Part shown: one piece after another, positions 1 through 9,071 of the stretch | Layout: each line of letters opens with the position of its first letter | Position numbering within the stretch: position 1 is the stretch's first letter | Origin: Thalassobaculaceae bacterium | GTDB lineage: Bacteria > Pseudomonadota > Alphaproteobacteria > Thalassobaculales > Thalassobaculaceae | Length of the DNA: 42,615 nucleotides | Direction of reading: 5' to 3' | Assembly (NCBI GenBank): GCA_965228875.1 | Contig: OZ245843.1 | Coordinates: 496,001 to 538,615, forward strand | Position numbers and translations under genes: made by a program | Notes under the pieces: model-generated | What the model saw: only the letters and a program-made list of their open reading frames with translations | The model's database searches: none | Told to the model about the DNA's origin: nothing

Positions 1-450
1 CCGGTTGCCGTAGACGAGGGTGACGGTCGACTTCGGCTCCTCGGCCAGCACGGTCCGGATGATGCCGAGGACCGGGGTGATGCCGCTGCCGCCGGCGAAG
101 GTGAGGTAGTGTTTGGCCTTCTCCGGCTCGATCGGGCCGTGAAAGGTCCCCGCCGGCGCCATCGCCTCGAGCTCGGTGCCGACCGCGAGGCTGTCGTTGG
201 CCCAGGTCGAGAAGCAGCCGCCGTCGACTTTCCTGATCCCCACCTGAAGCTGATCGCACCCTCGCGCGACGCAGATCGAGTAGGAGCGGCGCACCTCCTC
301 CCCCTCGAACTCGCGGCGGAACGTCAGGTACTGACCGTGGGTGAAGGTGAAGGCGTCACGATCCTGAGGCCGCGGCTGCAGGGTGAGGACGACGGCGTCG
401 CGGGTATCGCGCCGTATCTCGGTCACGCGGAGGGGAAAGAACGCTGCCAT
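1..450 (-). CDS. paaE: Phenylacetyl-CoA epoxidase reductase subunit (3' end runs off the window)
   Basis: Not in the ORF track. Manual translation from ATG at 450 gives MAAFFPLRVTEIRRDTRDA...RRSYSIC...FAGGSGITP...LVYGNR, which are ferredoxin-reductase FAD/NAD motifs. Lies directly downstream of paaD. Confidence 0.92.
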   Translation of the reverse strand, partial: MAAFFPLRVTEIRRDTRDAVVLTLQPRPQDRDAFTFTHGQYLTFRREFEGEEVRRSYSICVARGCDQLQVGIRKVDGGCFSTWANDSLAVGTELEAMAPAGTFHGPIEPEKAKHYLTFAGGSGITPVLGIIRTVLAEEPKSTVTLVYGNR

Positions 451-466
451 CAGTCTCGCCGGAGCC

Positions 467-940
467 TCAGATGCACTTGAACAGGTCGAAGGGCTCCAGG
501 CAGTCGTCGCAGCGATACTGGGCCTTGCAGGGGGTCGAGCCGAAGCGGCTGATCTCGGACGTCTGCGGGGAGCCGCAGCGCGGGCAGGCGGTGGTGCTCG
601 GCGGGGCGATGCCATAAGCGCGGAGGGCGGCGCGGCCGCGTTCGGTGATCCAGTCGGTGGTCCAGGGCGGCGAGAGCTGTCGTTTGAACTGCAACTTGGC
701 GATCCCGCGCCCGCGCAGCGCACGGTCGATCTCGATCTGGATGACCGTGCTGGCGGGACAGCCGGAATAGGTCGGCGTGAGGGTGACCTCCAGGGTATCG
801 CCGTGCCACGCGACGTCCCGGATCACCCCGAGGTCGACCAGGCCGATCACCGGAATCTCCGGGTCGGGCACCTCCGCGAGCCAGTCCCATACCGTGTCGA
901 CGGCCGGGAGCGAAGCCGCACCGGACACCGCCGCCGTCAC
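467..940 (-). CDS. paaD: Phenylacetyl-CoA epoxidase subunit PaaD
   Basis: VPDPEIP, TPTYSGCPA, PPWTTDW, CPRCGS and FGSTPCKA...C..C.EPF motifs; operon position. Confidence 0.95.
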   Translation of the reverse strand: MTAAVSGAASLPAVDTVWDWLAEVPDPEIPVIGLVDLGVIRDVAWHGDTLEVTLTPTYSGCPASTVIQIEIDRALRGRGIAKLQFKRQLSPPWTTDWITERGRAALRAYGIAPPSTTACPRCGSPQTSEISRFGSTPCKAQYRCDDCLEPFDLFKCI

Positions 941-1707
941 CAGGTGCCGCCCGGATAGGTGCGCTGGAGGACCTGCATCTCGGCGAGCATGTAGCCGAGA
1001 TACTCGGTGTGCAGGCCCTGCTTGCCGCCGCGCTGGACATATGCGTCCGCGGGCCGGATCAACGTCGCCTCGGACAGCGTGGCCTCGACATGGCTGGACC
1101 AGTCATCGGCGATCGCGTTCAGATCCGGCACGACCCCCGCCGCGGCAAGGCTTCTGTCGACCGCGTCCGCCAGGACCATCTCGCCGGTCCATGGCCACAG
1201 ATCGTCCAGCGCCCGCTGCATGCGGTCGTGGCTCTCTGCCGTCCCGTCGCCCAGGCTGACCACGAGGTCTCGGCTGCGGGTCAGGTGATACGCGGTTTCG
1301 CGCGACGCCTTGGCGGCGATCTCCGCGAGGCGGGGATCCGCGCAGCCGGCGAGCGCGGTGAGAAGGGGGTGGTGCCAGGCGTCGAACAGGTACTGGCGCA
1401 TCAGTGTGCAGGCGAAGTCGCCGTTCGGCTGTTCGACCAGGAGCAGGTTACGGAACCCGCCGGCATCCCGGCGATAGGCGAGGTCGTCGGCGCTGCGGCC
1501 CTGTCCCTCGATCTCGCCCGCCAGCGCCAGCCAGAGCTGGGCCTGGCCGACCAGGTCGAGGGCGATGTTGGCGACGGCGATGTCCTCCTCGAGCGCGGGC
1601 GCATGGCCGACCCAGGCGCCGAGACGCTGGGCCAGGACGAGGCAGTTGTCGCCGAGCCGAAGCGTGTAGGCGAAGAGCGCGTCGTCGCGGGAGCCCGCCT
1701 CGGCCAT
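937..1707 (-). CDS. paaC: Phenylacetyl-CoA epoxidase subunit PaaC
   Basis: LRLGDNCLVLAQRL, APALEEDIA.ANIALDL.GQ and the C-terminal PGGTW. The ATG at 1707 overlaps the paaB stop (TGATG). Confidence 0.95.
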   Translation of the reverse strand: MAEAGSRDDALFAYTLRLGDNCLVLAQRLGAWVGHAPALEEDIAVANIALDLVGQAQLWLALAGEIEGQGRSADDLAYRRDAGGFRNLLLVEQPNGDFACTLMRQYLFDAWHHPLLTALAGCADPRLAEIAAKASRETAYHLTRSRDLVVSLGDGTAESHDRMQRALDDLWPWTGEMVLADAVDRSLAAAGVVPDLNAIADDWSSHVEATLSEATLIRPADAYVQRGGKQGLHTEYLGYMLAEMQVLQRTYPGGTW

Positions 1708-1988
1708 CACATGGCGCCCACGTCGTCGGGGATGTCGAAGAAGGTCGGGTGACGATACACCTTGCTGTTCGACGGCTCGAACAGGGGGCCCTTCTCGCCG
1801 GGTGCGCTCGCGGTTATGTCGGTGGCGCGAACCGCCCAGATGCTCACCCCCTCGTTGCGCCTCGTATAGACGTCGCGGGCGTTCATGATCGCCTTCTCGG
1901 CGTCGGGGGCGTGCAGGCTGCCGACATGGCGGTGGGAGCCGCCATGCTGCCCTCGGATGAAGATCTCCCAGAGGGGCCATTCGCTCAT
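1707..1988 (-). CDS. paaB: Phenylacetyl-CoA epoxidase subunit PaaB
   Basis: WPLWEIFIR, HVGSLHAPD, ARDVYTRRNEGVSIW and K.YRHPTF motifs. Confidence 0.96.
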   Translation of the reverse strand: MSEWPLWEIFIRGQHGGSHRHVGSLHAPDAEKAIMNARDVYTRRNEGVSIWAVRATDITASAPGEKGPLFEPSNSKVYRHPTFFDIPDDVGAM

Positions 1989-2001
1989 CGTCGCCTCCGG
2001 A

Positions 2002-2997
2002 TCAGGCCGCGTCGGCGCGGCGGCCGGCCTTCTTCGCCGCGTGCGCCATCAGGCCCTCGCGGTACCAGGCGCCGTCCTCCCAGGCCGCAACCCGGTCGGC
2101 CAGACGCTGCCGGTTGCAGGGGCCGTGGCCCCTGAGCACCCGGTGAAACTCCTCCCAGTCGATCTCGCCGAAATCGTAACCGCCCTTCTCCTCGTTCCAC
2201 CTCAGGTCCGGGTCGGGAATGCGGAGACCCAGGTATTCGGCCTGGGGCACGGTCTGGTCGACGAATTTCTGGCGCAGCTCGTCGTTGGAGTTCTGCTTGA
2301 TCCTCCAGGCCATGGATTGGGCCGAATGGACGGACTCCCCGTCGGGCGGCCCGAACATCATCAGCGCCGGCCACCACCAGCGATCCAGGGCGTCCTGCGC
2401 CATGGCCTTCTGGTCGGCCGTTCCCTTCAGGCAGAGCTTGATCAGCGAGTCGTAACCCTGGCGCTGATGGAAGCTCTCCTCCTTGCAGATCCGGATCATG
2501 GCCCGGCTGTAGGGTCCGTAGGAGCAGCGCTGTAGCGGCACCTGGTTCATGATCGCGGCGCCGTCGACCAGCCAGCCGATGGTGCTGACATCGGCCCAGG
2601 TCAGGGTCGGGTAGTTGAAGATCGAGGAGTATTTGGCCTTGCCGCTGTGCAACTGCTCCAGCATCTGGTCGCGGCTGATGCCGAGGGTCTCGGCGGCGCA
2701 GTACAGGTAGAGCCCGTGTCCCGCCTCGTCCTGTACCTTGGCCAGCAGGATCGCCTTGCGCTCGAGCGTCGGCGCCCGGGTGATCCAGTTCGCTTCCGGC
2801 AGCTGGCCGACGATCTCTGAATGGGCGTGCTGCGAAATCTGGCGGATCAGCGTCTTGCGGTACCCGTCCGGCATCCAGTCTTTCGGCTCGATCTTGATGC
2901 CGTCGTCGATCCGCTCCTGAAATGCCCGTTCCTGCGGGTCCATTTCGTCGAGCGTGCGGATACGGCTGGAGTCCGTCTTGATCTGCTGTGCGTACAT
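2002..2997 (-). CDS. paaA: Phenylacetyl-CoA epoxidase catalytic subunit PaaA
   Basis: [27 protein letters not shown] and CKEESFH di-iron motifs. Start taken at MYAQ with GGAGGA upstream. Confidence 0.97.
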   Translation of the reverse strand: MYAQQIKTDSSRIRTLDEMDPQERAFQERIDDGIKIEPKDWMPDGYRKTLIRQISQHAHSEIVGQLPEANWITRAPTLERKAILLAKVQDEAGHGLYLYCAAETLGISRDQMLEQLHSGKAKYSSIFNYPTLTWADVSTIGWLVDGAAIMNQVPLQRCSYGPYSRAMIRICKEESFHQRQGYDSLIKLCLKGTADQKAMAQDALDRWWWPALMMFGPPDGESVHSAQSMAWRIKQNSNDELRQKFVDQTVPQAEYLGLRIPDPDLRWNEEKGGYDFGEIDWEEFHRVLRGHGPCNRQRLADRVAAWEDGAWYREGLMAHAAKKAGRRADAA

Positions 2998-3367
2998 GAT
3001 CGGTCCTCCCGGGCCGGCGTCCTTCGGGACGTTCGCGCTTTTCCGTAAGGATGCGTCGCCAAAGGCCGGAATCCAAGCGGCACGATGGCGCAGGTCCACG
3101 ACCGTAGATAGGTCAGGATCAGTGTCGTTTTCAGAACAATCCTACCTGCCGCAGCGCCTCGCAACGTGCCGAAAGGGGCACAAAACCAAGGTCGTGCGGG
3201 TGTCGGCGATTTTACATGAATTTCTGCCGACGGGGACGACAGCCCGTTTCTTCAATGTTACGGTACGCCCTCGGACGGGACGATGGGGTCCAATAAACAA
3301 TCAAGTTCCAAACACGCAGAGACCCTCGACAATCGCTCGCAGAGTACCAATCGGAAGGGAGCTATCC

Positions 3368-4975
3368 ATGTCAGATAACAACCGCGACGAGTTGATCGAT
3401 CGCATGGCCGCGGAGGCGAAGCGCGGCCGTCTTTCTCGGCGTGACTTCATGCACTACGCGATCGCCGCGGGCGTCACGGCGTCGTCGGCCGGCGGCCTCT
3501 GGACATCGAAAGCGGCGCTCGCCGCGCCGAAGCGCGGGGGGACGTTCCGCCTCGGCACCCACGACGGGAACACGTCGGACACGCACGATCCCGGGACCTA
3601 TCTCAGCTTCTCCATCATTCAGCTGGCGCACACCTACCGCAGCTACCTGACCCAGATCACGCCGACCAATGAGCTGGGACCGGACATCGCGGAGTCCTGG
3701 AGTGCGACGGATGACGCGACCGAGTGGACGTTCAAGCTGAGCAAGGACGCGTCGTTCCACAGCGGCAAGCCGTTCACGGCGGTCGATGCGATCGCCTCGC
3801 TGAACCATCACCGGGGTGACAAGAGCACGTCGGCCGCCAAGGCCCTGCTCAAGGACGTCGTCGACATCACCGAAGTTGACTCGCACACCATCACCATCAA
3901 GCTGGCGACCGGCAACGCCGACCTGCCGTGGCTGATGACCGACTATCACCTGGCCATGTGCCCGGCGAACAGCGATGGCAGCATCGACTGGCAGAGCGGC
4001 GACGGCACCGGGCCGTACAAGATCGTCAAGAACGAGTTCGGCGTCGGCACGTCGCTGGTCCGTCATGACGGCTGGCACGGCGAGGGCGCGTATTTCGATG
4101 CGGTCGAGCTGATCACCCTGAACGACCCGAACGCGCGCCAGACGGCCCTCGTGACCGGTCAGGTGGACGGCATCACTCAGCTCGAGCTGAAGACCCTGAG
4201 CCTGCTGAAGCGCAATCCGAACATCGCGATCGACAATGTCCCGTCGGGCGCTGCGATCACCATGCCGATGATGTGCGACATGGCGCCGTTCGACAATGCC
4301 GACGTGCGGATGGCCATGAAGCTCGCGATCGACCGCGAGGAGATCATCAAGAAGATTACCTTCGACACGGCCATCCCGGGCAACGACTTCCACATTTCGC
4401 CCAACATGCCGTACTGGCCGGATCTGCCGCAGCGGACCTACGACCCGGAGCAGGCCAAGTTCCACCTCAAGAAGGCTGGAATGGAGAACCTGTCGGTCGA
4501 ACTGACCACGGCGGACAGCGTGTATTCCGGCGCCGTCGACATGTGCGTGCTCTACTCGGAGCAGGCCAAGAAGGCCGGCATCGACATCCAGGTCAACCGG
4601 GCGCCGAACGACGGGTACTATTCCGACGTGTGGCTGAAGGTGCCGTTCTGCATGGTGCAGTGGGGCGCGCGTCCGACGCCGGACGTGATGCTGAGCCTCG
4701 CCTACAAGGACGATGCGGCCTGGAACGAGAGCCACTGGCAGAACGCGCGCTTCAACGAACTCCTGCTGGCCGCCAAGGCCGAGCTCGATCAGGAGAAGCG
4801 GGCCGCGCAGTACCGCGAGATGGCCGAACTCGCCCGCGACGACGGCGGGACCATCATCCCGATGTTCACGAACTTCGTGTACGCGCGGAACAAGAAGGTC
4901 GCCCACAACGGGAACCTGGCCGCGAGCTGGCAGATGGACGGCGCCCGCGCCTGCAGCCGCTGGTGGTTCGCCTGA
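3368..4975 (+). CDS. ABC transporter substrate-binding protein, family 5 (DppA/OppA-like), Tat-exported
   Basis: SRRDF twin-arginine leader; FHSG..FTA.D, GTGPY and PFDN.DVR.A motifs. Confidence 0.92.
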   Translation: MSDNNRDELIDRMAAEAKRGRLSRRDFMHYAIAAGVTASSAGGLWTSKAALAAPKRGGTFRLGTHDGNTSDTHDPGTYLSFSIIQLAHTYRSYLTQITPTNELGPDIAESWSATDDATEWTFKLSKDASFHSGKPFTAVDAIASLNHHRGDKSTSAAKALLKDVVDITEVDSHTITIKLATGNADLPWLMTDYHLAMCPANSDGSIDWQSGDGTGPYKIVKNEFGVGTSLVRHDGWHGEGAYFDAVELITLNDPNARQTALVTGQVDGITQLELKTLSLLKRNPNIAIDNVPSGAAITMPMMCDMAPFDNADVRMAMKLAIDREEIIKKITFDTAIPGNDFHISPNMPYWPDLPQRTYDPEQAKFHLKKAGMENLSVELTTADSVYSGAVDMCVLYSEQAKKAGIDIQVNRAPNDGYYSDVWLKVPFCMVQWGARPTPDVMLSLAYKDDAAWNESHWQNARFNELLLAAKAELDQEKRAAQYREMAELARDDGGTIIPMFTNFVYARNKKVAHNGNLAASWQMDGARACSRWWFA

Positions 4976-5022
4976 TCCGAAGACCGGCCCCGGTCGTCTG
5001 TTGACCGGGGCGCGACGTGACT

Positions 5023-5069
5023 GGTGGACCTTCCGGCGGCATGCCGGAGGGTCCACCGGCTCCTTTTTT
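5023..5069 (+). terminator. GC-rich hairpin plus U-tract after the SBP gene (terminator or mRNA-stabilising stem)
   Basis: GGTGGACCTTCCGGC-ggcat-GCCGGAGGGTCCACC followed by ggctccTTTTTT. Confidence 0.6.
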
Positions 5070-5182
5070 GAAGATGTACGTTTGGCCGGGGGGCTGTCGC
5101 GTCGGTGTAATGCGAGCCGAGGGAATTCGGCCGGCACCATTGGCAGCAAGCCAACGAGAAGCGGTTGCAGAGGAGGCGGACG

Positions 5183-6139
5183 ATGACCGACGTGTTGAGC
5201 ATCGTGCTCAAACGGCTCGGACTAGGTGTGATCACGCTGCTTGTGATCTCCGTTTTGATTTTCTTCGCGGTTGAACTGCTGCCCGGCGACATCGCCGAGG
5301 CCGTTCTGGGGCAGGGCGCCACCGAGGAGAACCTGAAAGCCATGCGGGAGCAGATGGGGCTGAACCAGCCTGCGGTCCTGCGGTACCTGCAATGGCTTTG
5401 GGGCGCCGTTCAGGGCGATTTCGGAATCTCTCTGATTTCCCAGGAGCCGGTCGTCGACGCGATCGGGCCGCGGCTTGCAAAGACGCTGTTCCTCGCCTCC
5501 TACGCGGCGGTGATTGCGGTGCCCGTGGCGATCCTTCTCGGTGTCGTCGTCGCGCTGCTGCGCGACACGCTGTTCGACCGGGTCGCGAACGTCCTGACGC
5601 TGACGTCGATCTCCTCGCCCGAGTTCTTCCTCGGCTACGTCCTGATCCTGTATTTCTCGGTCAAGTGGGGGATGTTCGACGCGATCGCGCAGTTCGATGA
5701 CGACATGAACTTCTTCGAGAAGCTGCATGTCGCGTTCCTGCCGGCACTGACCATGGTGCTGGTGGTGATCGCCCACATGATGCGGATGACCCGGGCGTCG
5801 ATCATCAACCTTCTCGCCTCGCCGTATATCGAGATGGCGCGCCTGAAGGGGACGCCGGCCTGGAAGGTCATCGTCAAGCACGCCCTGCCGAACGCCTGGG
5901 CGCCGATCATCAACGTGGTTGCGCTGAACCTCGCATACCTGATCACCGGCGTGGTGCTGGTCGAGGTGGTGTTCGTCTATCCGGGGATCGGACAGCTGCT
6001 GGTCGACCGCGTCGCCAAGCGGGACTTCCCGGTGGTGCAGGCCTGCTGCCTGATCTTCGCCGCGACCTTCATCCTGCTGAACCTGGCGGCCGATATCGGC
6101 GCGATTCTGACGAATCCGCGTCTTCGGCATCCGAAGTGA
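5183..6139 (+). CDS. ABC transporter permease (DppB-like)
   Basis: LPGD.A, GDFG.S, EAA-type loop YIEMARLKG...KHALPNA, and VE.VF.YPGIG. Confidence 0.93.
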   Translation: MTDVLSIVLKRLGLGVITLLVISVLIFFAVELLPGDIAEAVLGQGATEENLKAMREQMGLNQPAVLRYLQWLWGAVQGDFGISLISQEPVVDAIGPRLAKTLFLASYAAVIAVPVAILLGVVVALLRDTLFDRVANVLTLTSISSPEFFLGYVLILYFSVKWGMFDAIAQFDDDMNFFEKLHVAFLPALTMVLVVIAHMMRMTRASIINLLASPYIEMARLKGTPAWKVIVKHALPNAWAPIINVVALNLAYLITGVVLVEVVFVYPGIGQLLVDRVAKRDFPVVQACCLIFAATFILLNLAADIGAILTNPRLRHPK

Positions 6140-6149
6140 GGGGCGCGCC

Positions 6150-7214
6150 ATGAGCACTTTCGTCATCGGCTACTACGCCCTGCTGATCGGGGCATCCTGT
6201 CTGGCCGCCTACTACAGGGTGCAGGGTACGTTCCTCACCCTGTTCTCGCTGACCCTGGTGTCGTTCATCGTCGGGATCGTCGGCGGCGTCGACGCTTTGT
6301 GGAACATCACGGTCTGCGTCGCCGCCATCGCGCTCGCCGCGGGGGTCGCCTATTCCCTGCGGGAGTTCCTGGTCATCGTCTGCCCCCGCGACCTGTCGCG
6401 GGCGTTCCGCACGGCGCCGCTGACCGCGACGTTCGGCATCTTCGTGATCGGGACCTACGCGATCGCCGGAATCTTCGCGCCGATCATCGCCCCGCACGGC
6501 GAGGCGGAGATCATCGGCCTCGCCTTCGAGGAGCCCAGCGCCAACATGCTGCTCGGGGCCGACCAGCTCGGCCGCGATATCTTCAGCCGTCTGATCTACG
6601 GCGCCCGCAACACCGTCGGCCTCGCCCTCATGGCGACCACGCTGGCGTTCGTCATGGGGGCCCTGGCCGGACTGCTGGCCGCGACCCATGGCGGCTGGTT
6701 CGATCAGTTCATGGGGCGTCTCGTGGACGTCATCATGTCGGTGCCGTCGCTGATCTTCGCGCTGCTGCTGCTGTCGATCTTCGGCACGGGCGTGACGGTG
6801 CTGGTCGTCGTGATCGCCGTGATCTACTCGCCCCGCGTTTTCCGCCTCACCCGGGCGGTCGCCGGCAACGTGGTGGTCATGGACTACATCGAGGCGGCAC
6901 GGCTGCGCGGTGAGGGGACCTGGTACCTCATCCGCAAGGAGATCCTGCCGAACTCGACCGCCCCGCTGATCGCGGAGTTCGGCCTCGAGTTCTGCTTCGT
7001 CTTCCTGCTGGTGGCGGGCCTGTCATTCCTCGGCCTCGGCCTTCAGCCGCCGACCGCCGACTGGGGCTCGATGGTGCGTGAGAACGCGACGCTGATCTCC
7101 TTCGGTGTCGTCACGCCGCTGTTCCCCGCCGCCGCCATCGCCCTGCTGACGGTGGCGGTCAACTTCGTCGTCGACTGGATGCTGTTCCGGTCCTCCGGCC
7201 TGAAAGGGGTGTGA
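6150..7214 (+). CDS. ABC transporter permease (DppC-like) with a hydrophobic N-terminal extension
   Basis: LLGADQLGRDIFSRLIYGAR, YIEAARLRGE and LSFLGLG.QPP..DWG.M motifs. Confidence 0.92.
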   Translation: MSTFVIGYYALLIGASCLAAYYRVQGTFLTLFSLTLVSFIVGIVGGVDALWNITVCVAAIALAAGVAYSLREFLVIVCPRDLSRAFRTAPLTATFGIFVIGTYAIAGIFAPIIAPHGEAEIIGLAFEEPSANMLLGADQLGRDIFSRLIYGARNTVGLALMATTLAFVMGALAGLLAATHGGWFDQFMGRLVDVIMSVPSLIFALLLLSIFGTGVTVLVVVIAVIYSPRVFRLTRAVAGNVVVMDYIEAARLRGEGTWYLIRKEILPNSTAPLIAEFGLEFCFVFLLVAGLSFLGLGLQPPTADWGSMVRENATLISFGVVTPLFPAAAIALLTVAVNFVVDWMLFRSSGLKGV

Positions 7215-7216
7215 TC

Positions 7217-8869
7217 ATGGCGGACAAGAAGAAAGAGGTCCTGCTCAAGGTCCGCGACCTGCGGATCGAGGGTTACACGGACGAAAAGTGGATCGAGATC
7301 GTTCATGGCGTCGACCTCACCCTGCATCGGGGTGAGGTCATGGGCCTGATCGGCGAATCCGGGGCGGGCAAGTCGACCATCGGGCTGGCCGCCATGGGCT
7401 TCGCCCGCGACGGTTGTCGGATCTCCAGCGGATCGATCGAGTTCGACGGTATGGAACTGACGACCACGCCGGAAGCGGACCGGAGGGCGTTGCGCGGCTC
7501 ACGGATCGCCTATGTGGCGCAGTCGGCGGCGGCGTCCTTCAATCCGGCGCACAAGATCATCGACCAACATACCGAGGCGCCGGTCCACTACCGGATCCGC
7601 AAGCGCATGGAAGCCCAGGAAGACGCGATGGAGCTCTATGAGCGTCTGCGTCTTCCCAACCCGTCGGAGATCGGCTTCCGCTACCCGCATCAGGTCTCGG
7701 GTGGGCAGCTGCAGCGGGCGATGACGGCGATGGCCATGGCGTGCCGTCCCGACCTGATCATCTTCGACGAGCCGACCACCGCGCTCGACGTCACCACCCA
7801 GATCGAGGTGCTGGCGGCCATCCGCGACATCGTCGAGCAGTTCAACACCGCCGCCATCTACATCACCCACGACCTCGCCGTCGTGGCGCAGATGGCGGAC
7901 ACCATCAAGGTGCTGCTCAAGGGCAACGAGGTCGAGGAAGCCGACACCGAGACCATGCTGAAGAACCCGAAGGAGGACTATACCAAGTCGCTTTGGGCGG
8001 TGCGCAGCTTCCAGCGGCCTCAGAAATCCCGGCCCGGCGGCGACGCGGTACCAGTGGTGTCGGTGCAGAACATCGACGCCGCCTATGGCGACACCAAGGT
8101 GCTCAGCGACGTCTCGTTCGATATCTATGCCGGCATGACGGTGGCGGTGGTCGGCGAGTCTGGGTCCGGCAAGTCGACCACGGCGCGCTGCATCACCGGT
8201 CTCCTGCCGCCGACCAGCGGCAAGATCATAATGAGCGGGGTCGAGATGCCGGCCAGCTACAAGCAGCGGAACAAGGAACAGCTGCGCCAGGCGCAGATGA
8301 TCTACCAGATGGCCGACACCGCGCTGAACCCGAAGGTGAAGATCTGCGACATCATCGGGCGGCCGGCGGAGTTCTACATGGGCCTCAAGGGCGGCGAACT
8401 GAAGAGCCGGGTCGACGAGCTTCTCGACCTGATCGAGCTCGAGCCGTCCAAGTTCTACAACCGCTATCCGCCGGAGCTGTCGGGCGGTCAGAAGCAGCGC
8501 ATCGGTATCGCCCGGGCGCTGGCGGCGGAACCGTCCTTCATCATCTGCGACGAGGTGACCAGCGCGCTCGACCAGTTGGTCGCGGAGGGTATCCTCAAGC
8601 TGCTGGACCGACTGCAGCAGGAACTGAACCTGGCCTACATGTTCATCACCCACGACCTGGCGACGGTCCGCTCCATCGCCGACGAGGTCGTGGTGATGAA
8701 ACAAGGAGAGGTGGTCGAGCAGGGACCGAAGGAGGAAATGTTCACACCTCCGCACCATCCCTATACCGACCTGCTGCTGTCGTCGGTGCCGGAGATGGAT
8801 CCCAATTGGTTGACCACCGTGCTCGAGGAGCGCGGCGTCGACAATATCGGCGAGGCGGCGAACGCCTGA
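7217..8869 (+). CDS. ABC transporter ATP-binding protein with duplicated ATPase domains (DppD/F fusion)
   Basis: Two Walker A motifs (GESGAGKS, GESGSGKS), two SGGQ signatures, and DEPTTALD / DEVTSALD. Confidence 0.95.
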   Translation: MADKKKEVLLKVRDLRIEGYTDEKWIEIVHGVDLTLHRGEVMGLIGESGAGKSTIGLAAMGFARDGCRISSGSIEFDGMELTTTPEADRRALRGSRIAYVAQSAAASFNPAHKIIDQHTEAPVHYRIRKRMEAQEDAMELYERLRLPNPSEIGFRYPHQVSGGQLQRAMTAMAMACRPDLIIFDEPTTALDVTTQIEVLAAIRDIVEQFNTAAIYITHDLAVVAQMADTIKVLLKGNEVEEADTETMLKNPKEDYTKSLWAVRSFQRPQKSRPGGDAVPVVSVQNIDAAYGDTKVLSDVSFDIYAGMTVAVVGESGSGKSTTARCITGLLPPTSGKIIMSGVEMPASYKQRNKEQLRQAQMIYQMADTALNPKVKICDIIGRPAEFYMGLKGGELKSRVDELLDLIELEPSKFYNRYPPELSGGQKQRIGIARALAAEPSFIICDEVTSALDQLVAEGILKLLDRLQQELNLAYMFITHDLATVRSIADEVVVMKQGEVVEQGPKEEMFTPPHHPYTDLLLSSVPEMDPNWLTTVLEERGVDNIGEAANA

Positions 8870-8913
8870 CCGGAGCGGCCTGCGGCCGACCGATTTGAAC
8901 CCGCCAGTCTCCA

Positions 8914-8951
8914 GCCGGCCCCGATCGCAAGACCGGGGCCGGCGGTGTTTT
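8914..8951 (+). terminator. Putative intrinsic terminator of the ABC operon
   Basis: GCCGGCCCCG...CGGGGCCGGC stem followed by ggtgTTTT. Confidence 0.45.
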
Positions 8952-9071
8952 CGCCCACCGTACGGGCGGCATCGTGCGATTGCCGCAATGAACGTTGAAG
9001 TCGATCCAGGTTCCCCGCCTCCGCGGTCGCCTGTACAGTCCCGGTGGCGTGCCTGAGGTGGGGGCTTGGTG

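Noticed and set aside
1..2997. paa operon as a novelty or pseudogene
   Set aside because: Canonical paaABCDE order. paaE is missing from the ORF track only because the window truncates it; the parts I translated are in frame.
3371..8758. Long antisense ORFs (592, 314 and 419 aa) opposite the ABC operon, and similar ones elsewhere
   Set aside because: These are mirror ORFs caused by GC3 codon bias and have no recognisable motifs.
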